DNA from: an uncultured delta proteobacterium
GTDB taxonomy: Bacteria > Desulfobacterota > Deferrimicrobia > Deferrimicrobiales > Deferrimicrobiaceae
Direction of reading: 5' to 3'
Length of the DNA stretch: 64,000 bases
NCBI GenBank assembly: GCA_963770975.1
Contig: CAVYRM010000004.1
Coordinates: forward strand, 65,622-129,621
Each line of letters begins with the position of its first letter. The stretch's first letter is position 1. Under the pieces are notes generated by a model. It made no database searches. It was given only the letters and a program-made list of their open reading frames with translations, and had not been told where the DNA came from. Below, one piece after another: positions 56,869-64,000 of this stretch. The translations under genes and the position numbers were made by a program.

Positions 56869-58179
56869 GTGATCGAACGGTACACGCGGCCGGAGATGGC
56901 GGCCATCTGGAACGACGAGAACCGGTTCCGGATCTGGCTCGAGATCGAGATCCTCGCCATGGAGGCGATGGTCCGGCAGGGGTGGATCCCGGCGGACGCC
57001 CTTGCGCGGGTCCGGAAGAAGGCGACCTTCGACATCGACCGGATCAACGAGATCGAGAAGAGGGTCAAGCACGACGTGATCGCCTTCCTGACCTCCGTGG
57101 CGGAGCACATCGGCGACGACTCCCGGTTCCTCCACGTGGGGATGACGAGCTCCGACGTGCTGGACACGGCCTTCGCCGTCCAGATGCGCCAGGCCCTGAC
57201 CCTGCTGATCCACGAGGCGGAAGGGGTCTTCGGCGTCCTCAAGGCCCGGGCGCTGGAGCACCGGGGCACCGTGATGATCGGACGGACGCACGGGATCCAC
57301 GCGGAGCCGGTGACGTTCGGGTGGAAGATGGCCCTGTGGGCCGACGAGGTGCGGCGCGACATCCACCGGCTCAAGCGCGCCCGCGACGTGATCTCCGTCG
57401 GGAAGATCTCCGGGGCGGTGGGCACCTTCGCGAACATCGATCCCGCCGTCGAGGAGTACGTCTGCCGGAAGCTCGGGCTCGCCCCGGCGCCCGCCTCCAC
57501 CCAGGTGATCCAGCGGGACCGCCACGCCGAGGTGTTCTCCGCGCTCGCCATCGCGGCCTCCTCCCTGGACAAGTTCGCCACCGAGATCCGCCACCTTCAG
57601 CGGACGGAGGTCCTCGAGGTGGAGGAGTTCTTCTCCGCGGGGCAGAAAGGCTCCTCCGCCATGCCGCACAAGAGGAACCCCGTGCTTTCCGAGAACCTGT
57701 CGGGGATCTCCAGGCTCCTGCGCGGCTATTCCGTGACGGCCATGGAGAACATGGCCCTCTGGCACGAGCGCGACATCAGCCACTCCTCCGCGGAACGCGT
57801 GATCGCCCCCGACGCCACGATCCTCCTGCACTTCGCGCTCGGACGATTCCGTGGGATGATGGAGAAGCTTCTCGTCTACCCCGACCGGATGAGGGAAAAC
57901 CTGGAGAGCACCCACGGCCTCCTGTACTCCCAGCGCGTGCTCCTCGCCCTGGCGGCGAAGGGGTTCTCGCGGGAGAAGTCGTACGAGGTGGTCCAGCGGT
58001 CCGCCATGAAGTCGTGGAAGACCCGGCAGCCGCTGGCGGCGCTGCTCTGGAAGGACAGGGATGTGCGCGCGGCCTTGCCGAAAAAGGAGTTCGACGCGCT
58101 GTTCGACATCGGGTACTACCTGAAGAACATCGACGGGATCATCGACCGCGTGTTCGCGCGAAAGGGAGGGAAGGCGTGA
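56869..58179 (+). CDS. purB: Adenylosuccinate lyase
   Basis: GTG start. Diagnostic segments are MIERYTRPEM, HVGMTSSDV, the signature GSSAMPHKRNP and the C-terminal ADSL_C domain. Confidence 0.95.
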   Translation: MIERYTRPEMAAIWNDENRFRIWLEIEILAMEAMVRQGWIPADALARVRKKATFDIDRINEIEKRVKHDVIAFLTSVAEHIGDDSRFLHVGMTSSDVLDTAFAVQMRQALTLLIHEAEGVFGVLKARALEHRGTVMIGRTHGIHAEPVTFGWKMALWADEVRRDIHRLKRARDVISVGKISGAVGTFANIDPAVEEYVCRKLGLAPAPASTQVIQRDRHAEVFSALAIAASSLDKFATEIRHLQRTEVLEVEEFFSAGQKGSSAMPHKRNPVLSENLSGISRLLRGYSVTAMENMALWHERDISHSSAERVIAPDATILLHFALGRFRGMMEKLLVYPDRMRENLESTHGLLYSQRVLLALAAKGFSREKSYEVVQRSAMKSWKTRQPLAALLWKDRDVRAALPKKEFDALFDIGYYLKNIDGIIDRVFARKGGKA

Positions 58180-58418
58180 AGGCGAAAATCTACGTCACGC
58201 TGAAACGGGGGGTGCTGGACCCCCAGGGGAAGGCGATCAACGCGTCGCTGTCCCACCTCGGGATCGACGGCGTGGAGGACGTGCGCGTGGGCAAGTACAT
58301 GGAAGTCACCTTGAGCGATACCGATTCCGGGGAAGCCCGCCGAAAGCTCGACGAAGCGTGCAGGCGCCTGCTGGCCAACACGGTCATCGAGGAGTACCGG
58401 ATCGAGGTCGGGAGGTAA
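58176..58418 (+). CDS. purS: Phosphoribosylformylglycinamidine synthase subunit PurS
   Basis: GTGA overlap with purB. The sequence reads KAKIYVTLKRGVLDPQGKAINASLSHLG. The product is 80 aa. Confidence 0.9.
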   Translation: MKAKIYVTLKRGVLDPQGKAINASLSHLGIDGVEDVRVGKYMEVTLSDTDSGEARRKLDEACRRLLANTVIEEYRIEVGR

Positions 58419-58428
58419 AGGGAGCGCG

Positions 58429-59130
58429 ATGAAGGCCGCCGTCCTCGTTTTCCCCGGATCCAACTGCGACCACGACGCCTACTACGCCCTGAAGCACGTG
58501 ATGGGCATGGACGCGGAGTTCGTCTGGCACAAGCAGTCCGACCTGGACGGCTTCGACGCCGTCGTCATCCCCGGGGGCTTCACCTACGGCGATTACCTGC
58601 GCACCGGCGCGATGGCGAAGCTCTCCCCCGTGATGGGTGCCGTCCGGCGCTTCTCGGAGGGCGGAGGGCCGGTCATCGGGATATGCAACGGCTTCCAGAT
58701 CCTCCTGGAGGCGGGTCTCCTCCCGGGCGCCATGATCATGAACGACTCCCTCCGGTTCATCTGCGACTACGTCCACCTGGCCTCGGGGACCGACCGCACG
58801 CCCTTCACGGGGGGAATCCCCCCGGGGACGGTCCTCCGGATGCCCGTCGCGCATTACCAGGGGAACTACTACGCGGACGAGGAGACCCTGGCCGCCCTCG
58901 AGAAAAGGGGACAGGTCGTGTTCCGGTACTGCGACCCGGAGGGAAACGTGACGAGGGAGTCGAACCCGAACGGTTCCGCGCGGAACATCGCCGGGATCTG
59001 CAGCGAGGGAGGGAACGTTCTCGGGATGATGCCGCACCCCGAACGGTGCACGGAAGAGGTCCTTGGCAGCGCCGACGGACGGCGGATCTTCGAGGCGATG
59101 GCGTCCTGGCTCGCGGGGAGACCGAGATGA
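58429..59130 (+). CDS. purQ: Phosphoribosylformylglycinamidine synthase subunit PurQ (glutaminase)
   Basis: Diagnostic segments are [23 protein letters not shown], the catalytic Cys in GICNGFQIL, and MMPHPER. Confidence 0.94.
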   Translation: MKAAVLVFPGSNCDHDAYYALKHVMGMDAEFVWHKQSDLDGFDAVVIPGGFTYGDYLRTGAMAKLSPVMGAVRRFSEGGGPVIGICNGFQILLEAGLLPGAMIMNDSLRFICDYVHLASGTDRTPFTGGIPPGTVLRMPVAHYQGNYYADEETLAALEKRGQVVFRYCDPEGNVTRESNPNGSARNIAGICSEGGNVLGMMPHPERCTEEVLGSADGRRIFEAMASWLAGRPR

Positions 59131-61358
59131 AGGAGAAGCCGGTAACCCCGGAACTGGCGCGGGAGCACGGGCTCTCCCCCGGGGAGTACGGGAAGGTCCT
59201 CGAAATCCTCGGGCGGATCCCGACCCTGACCGAGCTCGGGATCTTCTCGGTCATGTGGAGCGAGCACTGTTCCTACAAGAGCTCCCGGATCCACCTGAGG
59301 AAATTCCCGACGAAAGGCCCCCGCGTCCTCCAGGGACCGGGGGAGAACGCCGGCATCGTCGACATCGGCGACGGGCTCGCCGTGGCGTTCAAGATGGAGA
59401 GCCACAACCATCCCTCCTTCATCGAGCCGTACCAGGGCGCCGCGACGGGCGTGGGGGGGATCCTCCGCGACGTGTTCACGATGGGCGCCCGGCCCATCGC
59501 GTCCCTGAACTCCCTCCGGTTCGGGCGAACCGACCACCCCCGGACGCGGTACCTGGTTTCCGGGGTGGTGTCCGGGATCGCCGGGTACGGCAACTGCATC
59601 GGGGTTCCGACCGTGGGCGGGGAGGTGTACTTCGACGAATCGTACGACGGGAACATCCTCGTGAACGCCTTCACGCTGGGCGTGGTCCGGCACGACAGGA
59701 TCTGGCGGGGCACCGCCGCGGGCGTTGGGAATCCCGTGATCTACGTCGGCTCGAAGACGGGCCGGGACGGCATCCACGGGGCGACGATGGCCTCCGGCGA
59801 GTTCGACGAGAAGTCCGAGGAGAAGCGGCCGACCGTCCAGGTGGGCGACCCGTTCACGGAGAAGCTGCTCCTCGAGGCGTGCCTCGAGCTCATGCGCTCC
59901 GATGCGATCGTCGGGATCCAGGACATGGGAGCCGCCGGGCTCACCTCGTCGTCGTTCGAGATGGCCTCCCGGGCGGGAACCGGGTTCACCATGGATCTCG
60001 ACCGGGTGCCGCAGCGCGAGGAGGGGATGACGCCGTACGAGCTCATGCTCTCGGAATCCCAGGAGCGGATGCTCATCGTGGCGAAGAAGGGGCGGGAGGG
60101 GGACGTCCGCGAGATCTTCGAGAAGTGGGATCTCGACGTCTCGGTGATCGGGCAGGTGACGGGGGACGGGGTCGGCCGGGTCCGGTGGAAAGGGAAGACG
60201 GTCGCGGAGATCCCGATCGCGTCGCTCACCGACCACGCACCGGTCTACGACCGGGCCGCGGTGCGGCCGGAAGGGCAGGATACCCTCCAGACGCTCGACA
60301 CGACGGGGCTCCCCGCCCCGTCCGACCTCGGCGAGACGTGGATCCGCCTGATGAGCGTGCCCGAGATGGCGGACAAGAAATGGGTCTATCGCCAGTACGA
60401 CCACATGATCCGGACGAACACGTTGATCCTTCCGGGGTCCGACGCGGCGGTGCTGCGCGTCAAGGGGACGCGGAAGGGGATCGCCCTGTCCGTGGACTGC
60501 AACAGCCGGTACTGCACGCTCGATCCCTTCGTCGGCGGGATGATCGCCGTCTGCGAGGCCGCCCGGAACGTCGCCTGCTCCGGCGCGGAGCCGATCGGCC
60601 TGTCGGACTGCCTGAACTTCGGTAATCCCGAAAAGCCGGAGGTCATGTGGCAGTTCCGCTCCGCGATCGAGGGGATGGCGAAGGCGTGCGAGGCGCTGGG
60701 CATCCCCGTGGTGTCGGGCAACGTGTCCTTCTACAACGAGACGATGGGGAAGGGGATCCACCCGACTCCCGCGGTGGCGATGGTCGGCCTGCTCGAGGAC
60801 GTGTCCAGGCGGCGGGTGCAATGGTTTTCCGCCGACGGCGACCTCATCCTCCTCGCGGGGGCCGATCGTCTCGGCATGCACCTCGGCGGTTCCCTGTACC
60901 TCAAGGAGGTGCACGGAAAGCTGGCCGGCACCCCCCCGCCGGTCGACCTCGCCCACGAGAAACGGCTCCAGGAGTTCCTCCGGGAGGCGGCGGACGCCGA
61001 TCTCATCGCCTCCGCGCACGACCTCGCGGAGGGAGGATTCGCGTGCGCCCTCGCCGAATCGTGCATCACCCGCCCGGACGGGGCGATCGGGGCGCAGGTT
61101 TCGAACCCGTTCCCGGAGACGATTCCCCCGGACCTGGCCATGTTCTCGGAATGCCAGGGGGCGGTCCTCGTTTCGTGCTCCCCCGGGAAACGGGACACCC
61201 TCCTCGAAACGGCCCGCCGGTTCCGTATTACAATGAAGGAACTGGGCGTCGTCGGCGGGGAATCCATCTGCATGGAAGGCCTTGCGAAGGTCGGGGCCGA
61301 GGAGCTCCAGGCGGCGTGGAGCGACGGCTTCGCGGCCACACTGGGCCTGAAAGGGTAA
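59127..61358 (+). CDS. purL: Phosphoribosylformylglycinamidine synthase subunit PurL
   Basis: ATGA overlap with purQ. Diagnostic segments are [31 protein letters not shown] and GVPTVGGE. Confidence 0.95.
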   Translation: MKEKPVTPELAREHGLSPGEYGKVLEILGRIPTLTELGIFSVMWSEHCSYKSSRIHLRKFPTKGPRVLQGPGENAGIVDIGDGLAVAFKMESHNHPSFIEPYQGAATGVGGILRDVFTMGARPIASLNSLRFGRTDHPRTRYLVSGVVSGIAGYGNCIGVPTVGGEVYFDESYDGNILVNAFTLGVVRHDRIWRGTAAGVGNPVIYVGSKTGRDGIHGATMASGEFDEKSEEKRPTVQVGDPFTEKLLLEACLELMRSDAIVGIQDMGAAGLTSSSFEMASRAGTGFTMDLDRVPQREEGMTPYELMLSESQERMLIVAKKGREGDVREIFEKWDLDVSVIGQVTGDGVGRVRWKGKTVAEIPIASLTDHAPVYDRAAVRPEGQDTLQTLDTTGLPAPSDLGETWIRLMSVPEMADKKWVYRQYDHMIRTNTLILPGSDAAVLRVKGTRKGIALSVDCNSRYCTLDPFVGGMIAVCEAARNVACSGAEPIGLSDCLNFGNPEKPEVMWQFRSAIEGMAKACEALGIPVVSGNVSFYNETMGKGIHPTPAVAMVGLLEDVSRRRVQWFSADGDLILLAGADRLGMHLGGSLYLKEVHGKLAGTPPPVDLAHEKRLQEFLREAADADLIASAHDLAEGGFACALAESCITRPDGAIGAQVSNPFPETIPPDLAMFSECQGAVLVSCSPGKRDTLLETARRFRITMKELGVVGGESICMEGLAKVGAEELQAAWSDGFAATLGLKG

Positions 61359-61368
61359 GGGAGAACGA

Positions 61369-62787
61369 ATGTCCGACGGCTGGCACGAGGAGTGCGGCAT
61401 CTTCGGGATCCACGGGCATCCCGAGGCGGCCAACATGACCTACCTCGGGCTCTACGCGCTGCAGCACCGCGGGCAGGAGAGCGCGGGGATCGCCAGCACC
61501 GACGGCGAGGGCATCATTTTCCACAAGGAGATGGGGCTGGTCGCCGACATCTTCTCCGAGGAAATCCTCTCCCGTCTCCCGGGCCACATGGCGATCGGCC
61601 ACGTCCGGTACTCGACGACGGGCAGCTCGGAGCTGAAGAACGCCCAGCCGGTCGTGGTCGATTTCGAGTCCGGCTCCATCGCCGTCGCCCACAACGGCAA
61701 CCTCGTCAACTCGCAGGAGCTCAAGCGGGAGCTCGAGGTTTCCGGCTCCATCTTCCAGTCCTCGATGGACACCGAGGTCATCGTCCACCTGATCGCGCAC
61801 TCCCGGAAGGAGCGGATCGAGGACCGGATCGTCGACGCGCTGAACCAGGTCCGCGGGGCCTACTCCCTCCTCTTCATGACGCAGGACCGGCTGATCGGGG
61901 TCCGCGACCCCCACGGGATCCGCCCGATGGTCCTCGGGAAGATGAAGGGAGACGGGGGGACGGTCATCTGCTCCGAGTCGTGCGCGCTCGACCTGATCGA
62001 GGCGGAGTATATCCGGGAGGTCGATCCGGGCGAGATGGTCGTCGTGACGTCGAGGGGGGTCCAATCCCATCGGCCGTTCCTGCCGGCGGTGGAGCGGTTC
62101 TGCATCTTCGAGCACATCTATTTCGCCCGGCCCGACTCGATCATGGGCGGCACGTCCATCTACGGGGTCAGGAAAGCGCTCGGGCGCCAGCTGGCGAAGG
62201 AATGCCCGGCGGACGCCGATGTCGTCATCCCCGTCCCCGACTCCGGGGTTCCCGCGGCGCTCGGGTTCGCGGAGGCCTCGGGGCTCCCGTTCGAAATGGG
62301 GCTGATCCGGAACCACTACGTCGGCAGGACCTTCATCGAGCCGCAGCAGTCGATCCGCCACTTCGGGGTGAAGATCAAGCTGAACGTCGTGCGCAGCGTG
62401 GTCGCGGGCAAGCGCGTCGTGGTGGTCGACGACTCCATCGTGCGGGGGACGACGGGCAGGAAGATCATCAAGATGATCCGGGCCGCGGGGGCGAAGGAGG
62501 TCCACGTCCGGATCAGCTCTCCTCCCACGTGCTACCCGTGCTTCTACGGGATCGACACGCCGCTGCGCCGCGACCTGATCGCGGCGACCCACACGCTGGA
62601 AGAGATCAACACGTACCTCACCTCCGACAGCATCAGGTACCTCAGCATGGAGGGCCTTCACGCCTGCGTGCCGAACGGGAAAACGACCTACTGCGACGCG
62701 TGTTTCTCGGGGAACTACACGGTCCCGCTGGAGATCGAAGAGGCAGGGGAGCAGCTGCCGCTGTTCCGTGGATCGGTCCGGGTCTAG
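61369..62787 (+). CDS. purF: Amidophosphoribosyltransferase
   Basis: The N-terminal nucleophile context is ECGIFGI. Other diagnostic segments are [11 protein letters not shown], the PRTase motif [13 protein letters not shown] and the C-terminal Cys cluster. Confidence 0.95.
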   Translation: MSDGWHEECGIFGIHGHPEAANMTYLGLYALQHRGQESAGIASTDGEGIIFHKEMGLVADIFSEEILSRLPGHMAIGHVRYSTTGSSELKNAQPVVVDFESGSIAVAHNGNLVNSQELKRELEVSGSIFQSSMDTEVIVHLIAHSRKERIEDRIVDALNQVRGAYSLLFMTQDRLIGVRDPHGIRPMVLGKMKGDGGTVICSESCALDLIEAEYIREVDPGEMVVVTSRGVQSHRPFLPAVERFCIFEHIYFARPDSIMGGTSIYGVRKALGRQLAKECPADADVVIPVPDSGVPAALGFAEASGLPFEMGLIRNHYVGRTFIEPQQSIRHFGVKIKLNVVRSVVAGKRVVVVDDSIVRGTTGRKIIKMIRAAGAKEVHVRISSPPTCYPCFYGIDTPLRRDLIAATHTLEEINTYLTSDSIRYLSMEGLHACVPNGKTTYCDACFSGNYTVPLEIEEAGEQLPLFRGSVRV

Positions 62788-62860
62788 GGAGCCAAGCGGA
62801 GACGCTCCACTTGCCCCCTTGGCCCGGTCGAACACACGAATCCACCCTTAGGGGGAAACC

Positions 62861-63457
62861 ATGCCGAGCCCTACGCAAGGATCCGCCGTCTTCACTCCCG
62901 ACCTGGCCGCCGACCGTCGGCGCTTCCTGGCGCTCCTGAAGGAAAAAAGCTACGAGCGGCGCAAGGTCATCCTTTCCTCCGGACGGGAATCGGACTTCTA
63001 CATCGATTGCAAGCAGGCCACGCTCGACGCGGAGGGCGCCGTCCTCACGGGGCGCCTCTTCTGCGCGATGCTCGAGCAGGGGGAGCGCCCGAAAGCGGTC
63101 GGCGGGATCACCCTCGGGGCGGACCCGATCGTGACCGCCGTTTCGCTGACCAGCGCCTTGCGGGGATGGCCGGTCCCGGCGTTCATCATCCGGAAGGAGC
63201 CCAAGAAGCACGGCACCGCGCAGTGGATCGAGGGGACGAAGAATCTTTCCCCCGGCATGCGCGTGGCGATCCTCGAGGACGTGCTGACCACCGGGGCGTC
63301 GACCCTGCGGGCGATCGAGCGGGCCGTCGGATCGGGCCTGGTCGTCGCCCGGGTCCTCTGCCTGGTGGACCGGAACGAGGGGGGCGCGGACGCCGTGATG
63401 AAGGCGGGATATCGCGTCGAGCCGATGTTCCTCAAGGAGGACGTGGAAAATGCCTGA
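62861..63457 (+). CDS. pyrE: Orotate phosphoribosyltransferase
   Basis: Diagnostic segments are LSSGRESDFYIDCK, GGITLGADP and the PRPP motif VAILEDVLTTGAS. Confidence 0.9.
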   Translation: MPSPTQGSAVFTPDLAADRRRFLALLKEKSYERRKVILSSGRESDFYIDCKQATLDAEGAVLTGRLFCAMLEQGERPKAVGGITLGADPIVTAVSLTSALRGWPVPAFIIRKEPKKHGTAQWIEGTKNLSPGMRVAILEDVLTTGASTLRAIERAVGSGLVVARVLCLVDRNEGGADAVMKAGYRVEPMFLKEDVENA

Positions 63458-64000
63458 CGTCCCCCGGAGGGGCGCGCTCTTCCTGGCCCTCGTCGTCCTC
63501 GCGGCGGCCGTGTCCGGCTGCGGCCCCCGATCGACCGCCCTCTACGAGAAGGTGATGGGATCCCCCTCCTACCAGCAGGTGACCGCGTCGAACACCCGCA
63601 CGCGGGAAGTCCGGGACGGACTCCAGACGCGCTTCATATTGTCCGCCACGTGGCTCTCCGCCCCGTGGATCGCCTCCTTCTCGGAGGAGTATTCCAACAT
63701 CTACTACCTCGACGCCGCGCGGCGGGAGCAGGTGATCTCCCACTGGCGGGGGGAGTCGGAGAGTTACGTCCGGTTCTTCGTGGCCCTGTTCGTGCCGGAG
63801 GAGACGGGGAACGACCTGGAGAAGCCCGAGACGTTGTGGAGCCTTCGGCTGGTGAGGGGGGACGAGAAGGATTTCAAGCCGGTCTACCTGCGGAAGACCT
63901 CCCTTCGGCCCGAGGAGACCTCGCGCTTCTTCCCGTACGCCGGCACGTGGTACCGGGCCTACGAGGTGGCGTTCCCCAAGGAGGCGTTGGACAACGTGGT
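63450..64000 (+). CDS. Hypothetical lipoprotein, 3'-truncated by window edge
   Basis: This ORF is not in the ORF track because it runs off the window. ATG 63450 overlaps the pyrE end by 8 nt. The signal peptide and lipobox read MPDVPRRGALFLALVVLAAAVSGC. The frame stays open to nt 64000 with high GC3. No family is recognised. Confidence 0.6.
   Translation, partial: MPDVPRRGALFLALVVLAAAVSGCGPRSTALYEKVMGSPSYQQVTASNTRTREVRDGLQTRFILSATWLSAPWIASFSEEYSNIYYLDAARREQVISHWRGESESYVRFFVALFVPEETGNDLEKPETLWSLRLVRGDEKDFKPVYLRKTSLRPEETSRFFPYAGTWYRAYEVAFPKEALDNV

Noticed and set aside
62788-62860. The purF-pyrE spacer, considered as a pyrimidine attenuator or ncRNA.
   Set aside because: It contains only weak 5-bp hairpins (GGAGC...GCTCC, CCCT-TA-AGGG). 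There is no U-tract, no leader-peptide ORF and no similarity to the 121-nt element, so the evidence is insufficient.

Overview
GC-rich bacterial chromosomal window with about 62 protein genes and one tRNA-Leu(CAG). Nearly all genes are core housekeeping and most lie on the + strand. Packing is very tight, with about 17 NTGA-type 4-nt start/stop overlaps.

Recognisable conserved blocks:
- bamA (5'-truncated at the window edge), then a GGDEF cyclase.
- rnr, a REC-domain regulator, valS, nadC, queD.
- A minus-strand macA / ABC ATPase / MacB permease / mqnA / DUF1858 operon.
- fba, rsmD, coaD, aminotransferase.
- A 22-kb co-directional array: lysE-like, NTP-transferase/PGM-like fusion, MBL hydrolase, coaBC, udg, rlmI, nfeD, SPFH, spoIID, queA, tgt, yajC, secDF, recJ, speB, pdaD, fabH, rimI, pyrK, pyrD.
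- rimP, nusA, ylxR, infB, DUF503, rbfA, nrnA, truB, rpsO, pnp, M16 peptidase, dut.
- purB, purS, purQ, purL, purF, pyrE.

The gene order resembles Geobacter/Desulfuromonas-like lineages, but taxonomy cannot be established from here. I found no CRISPR array, integrase, transposase, prophage, toxin-antitoxin pair or recognisable defence system. This is not an accessory island.

The most unusual signal is non-coding. A 121-nt structured element occurs twice, at 22417-22537 and 56689-56809. Both copies share sequence boxes and an AGGGAC hexaloop hairpin. Their closing helices differ completely in sequence but have identical geometry (compensatory change). I do not recognise it as a known RNA family.

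Secondary oddities:
- Two adjacent disrupted genes: a histidine kinase with one frameshift, and a G3E GTPase with at least two frameshifts and no start codon.
- A sugar-nucleotidyltransferase fused to a phosphohexomutase-like half with degenerate catalytic loops.
- A canonical intrinsic terminator 9 nt upstream of rimP-nusA, a possible attenuator.
- A RomR-like response regulator.
- A SurA-N-like periplasmic protein with twin EAC-x3-C motifs.

All calls rest on reading the translations and the sequence by eye. No database search was run.
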